This document shows, piece by piece, positions 61,687-64,000 of a stretch of 64,000 nt of DNA (within the stretch, counting starts at the first letter, position 1; every line of letters starts with the position of its first letter). Both the position numbers and the translations under genes were made by a program. Origin of the DNA: Nitrospirales bacterium (lineage in GTDB: Bacteria; Nitrospirota; Nitrospiria; Nitrospirales; UBA8639); assembly GCA_963422365.1 (NCBI GenBank), contig OY729426.1, positions 1,728,001 through 1,792,000 of the forward strand, given 5' to 3'. The notes beneath the pieces are model-generated. The model was given only the letters and a program-made list of their open reading frames with translations. It was not told where the DNA came from and ran no database searches.

Positions 61687-62418
61687 TTAATTGAGGACCG
61701 CGTCTTGTTTCACGAGGGTCCCAATTTTCTCGCCTGAGACTACACGTTTCAAATTGCCCGGTTCGGTGAGATTAAACACGATCAACGGAAGATGGTTATC
61801 CATGCACAGCGTAATGGCTGTGGCATCCATGACCTTCAAATTTTTGTTGAGTACAGAGAGGAATGGAAGTTCATGAAACATTTTTGCTGAAGGGTTCGCG
61901 AGTGGATCTGAATCATAAATTCCATTGACCTTGGTTCCTTTCAAGATCACGTCGGCTTTTATTTCCATCGCTCGTAGAGCAGCGGCCGTGTCGGTCGTAA
62001 AATAGGGGTTTCCGGTCCCGGCGGCAAAAATAACGACCCGCTTTTTTTCAAGGTGCCGAATGGCTCGACGACGGATGTACCCCTCTGCTAATTGCCGCAT
62101 TTCGATGGCAGATAATACGCGTGTCGCAATACCGGTTTTTTCAAGCGCGTTTTGCAGCGCGAGGCCATTCAGCATCGTTGCGAGCATGCCCATGTAGTCG
62201 GCAGCCGCTCGTTCCATCCCGCCTGCGCTAGCAGCAAGGCCTCGAAAAATATTCCCGCCACCGATCACTAACGCGACCTCTATTTTCATAGTGACGACCT
62301 CGCTGATTTCATCGGCGAGAGTGGTCAGGATGTCGGGATTAATGCCGTAGGGTTGGTCCCCGGCCAGCATTTCCCCACTGATTTTGAGGAGAATGCGGTG
62401 ATACTGAACAGGCGTCAT
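61687..62418 (-). CDS. pyrH: UMP kinase
   Basis: [27 protein letters not shown]. Confidence 0.98.
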   Translation of the reverse strand: MTPVQYHRILLKISGEMLAGDQPYGINPDILTTLADEISEVVTMKIEVALVIGGGNIFRGLAASAGGMERAAADYMGMLATMLNGLALQNALEKTGIATRVLSAIEMRQLAEGYIRRRAIRHLEKKRVVIFAAGTGNPYFTTDTAAALRAMEIKADVILKGTKVNGIYDSDPLANPSAKMFHELPFLSVLNKNLKVMDATAITLCMDNHLPLIVFNLTEPGNLKRVVSGEKIGTLVKQDAVLN

Positions 62419-63011
62419 TCCTGGCCTAATTGATATCGCGTGAACCGAGCAATTGTGATGTTTTCACCAAGCCTGGCAATTTTTTGTGTGAGGATGTCGG
62501 TGATCGTGATAGTGGGATCTTTGATGAAGCTTTGCTCTAGGAGGCAACTTTCTTGGTAGAATTTCTCCAATTTACCGCGAACGATTTTTTCAATAGCCGC
62601 GGCAGGCTTCCCGAGTTCTTGGGCCTGTGCCAAGTAAATAGCCGTTTCCCGTTCAACTTGCGTACTGGGGACCTCGTCGCGTTTGACATAGGAAGGGTGG
62701 GCGGCGGCAATTTGCAGGGCGACGTCTTTGACGAATTCCTGGAACGCTTCATTGCGAGCGACAAAGTCTGTTTCACAATTGACTTCGACAAGGACGCCGA
62801 TTTTGCTCCCGGCGTGGATATAGGAGGAGACAACGCCTTCCTTGGTTTCTCGTCCGGCTTTCTTTTGAGCTGCAGCCAAACCACGTTGACGAAGGAGGTC
62901 AATGGCTTTTTCAATATCCGAATTGGTTTCTTTCAGCGCGTTTTGACAATCAAGGATTCCGGCTCCTGTTTTGCCACGTAGTTCTTTGACCAAGGTACCC
63001 ATGCTGGACAT
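62415..63011 (-). CDS. tsf: Elongation factor Ts (short form)
   Basis: [21 protein letters not shown]. Confidence 0.98.
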   Translation of the reverse strand: MSSMGTLVKELRGKTGAGILDCQNALKETNSDIEKAIDLLRQRGLAAAQKKAGRETKEGVVSSYIHAGSKIGVLVEVNCETDFVARNEAFQEFVKDVALQIAAAHPSYVKRDEVPSTQVERETAIYLAQAQELGKPAAAIEKIVRGKLEKFYQESCLLEQSFIKDPTITITDILTQKIARLGENITIARFTRYQLGQE

Positions 63012-63077
63012 CGTGTATCCTTCTCTCCTGTTTGGCTAGGTGTAAACGAAAAAAATATTGCTGGCGAAGTTCCCGTT

Positions 63078-63866
63078 CTATGAGGAAGGTGCTTGAATGC
63101 TTTCCACCTGATTCTCGGTTGAACGGGCAGAGATCAACTCAGTCATAATCGTGTCCTCTTCCCCTCTGCTCGACCTCTCTTGCTTGTTTCGGAGGTCCTG
63201 GCCTTCAAGACAGGCGTCTGCAATCTGAGCGGTAAAGAGTTTTAATGATCGGATGGCATCGTCATTTCCAGGGATTGGATAATCAATCCGAGTGGGATCG
63301 CAATTGGTATCCACGATGGCGACAACGGGGATGCCCAGACGGTTGGCTTCTTTGACGGTAATGTGTTGAATGCGAGTATCGAGGATGTAGATACAACCGG
63401 GCAAACTTTCCATTGCCTTGATGCCGTTGAAATATTTCTCCAGCTTGCCGCGTTCTTTTTCCATAAGCAAAATTTCTTTTTTCTTCAGGCGTTCATGGGT
63501 TCCATCCGTTTGTGCATCTTCGAGTTTCTTGAGTTGTCTGATACTTTTTCTAATCGTTTGGAAATTGGTGAGCATGCCCCCCAGCCATCGTTGGGTCACA
63601 TAATACATTCCGCACCGTTTGGCTTCTTCTTCAACGATGTCGACCGCTTGACGCTTGGTACCCACGAAGAGGACCGATTCCCCAGCCGCAACGGTCTCTC
63701 GGATAAAGTTATAGGCATCAAGAAAGAATTTGGAGGTTTGTTGTAAATCAATAATGTAGATGCCATTTCTTTCTCCGAAAAGATACGTCTTCATTTTTGG
63801 ATTCCAGCGATTGGTCTGATGTCCGAAATGGACACCTGCCTCTAACATGTCTTTAATGGATACCAT
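63078..63866 (-). CDS. rpsB: 30S ribosomal protein S2
   Basis: [34 protein letters not shown]. Confidence 0.98.
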   Translation of the reverse strand: MVSIKDMLEAGVHFGHQTNRWNPKMKTYLFGERNGIYIIDLQQTSKFFLDAYNFIRETVAAGESVLFVGTKRQAVDIVEEEAKRCGMYYVTQRWLGGMLTNFQTIRKSIRQLKKLEDAQTDGTHERLKKKEILLMEKERGKLEKYFNGIKAMESLPGCIYILDTRIQHITVKEANRLGIPVVAIVDTNCDPTRIDYPIPGNDDAIRSLKLFTAQIADACLEGQDLRNKQERSSRGEEDTIMTELISARSTENQVESIQAPSS

Positions 63867-64000
63867 ATTGGGGTTTTTCACCTCCACTCGATTAGAGAGA
63901 TTATGGAACTCATGTGCGAATCACTGTTTCGAAACATGCTTCAGTGAGAGGGGCCACATATCTATAATCTAGCGTGAACTCTAGGTGACACCAACTCAAA

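Noticed and set aside
1..64000. tRNA and rRNA genes
   Set aside because: None recognised by eye; tRNAscan-SE and barrnap would be needed to exclude them

Overview
This is a bacterial chromosome window, most likely from a host-associated Nitrospirota lineage (inferred from pafA/prcA, the PCP_red-Mrp pair, FN3/Ig-repeat surface proteins and many pseudogenes). Left end: a partial type I hsdR, then recQ. Right end: intact core genes (two cobalamin riboswitches with btuFCD and btuB, a PduO-type adenosyltransferase, alr-frr-pyrH-tsf-rpsB). The accessory middle holds three notable things. (1) A defence locus: PLD-helicase, AlbA-HATPase, ParA and a type IIG RM gene. The RM gene's C-terminal specificity domain sits in a 780-bp segment bounded by a 381-bp inverted repeat, next to a Cre-like tyrosine recombinase. 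Copies of the conserved RM C-terminal tail flank further defence-like cargo as 40-bp direct repeats. (2) Two giant modular autotransporter-like adhesin genes share a near-identical 1.7-kb 3' end and are frameshifted at poly-C tracts. (3) Scattered Mu-like phage relics, a MITE inserted in a REP, and evidence of a large rearrangement (an apparently split esterase gene, a truncated prcA separated from pafA). All family assignments come from reading motifs, not from database searches.
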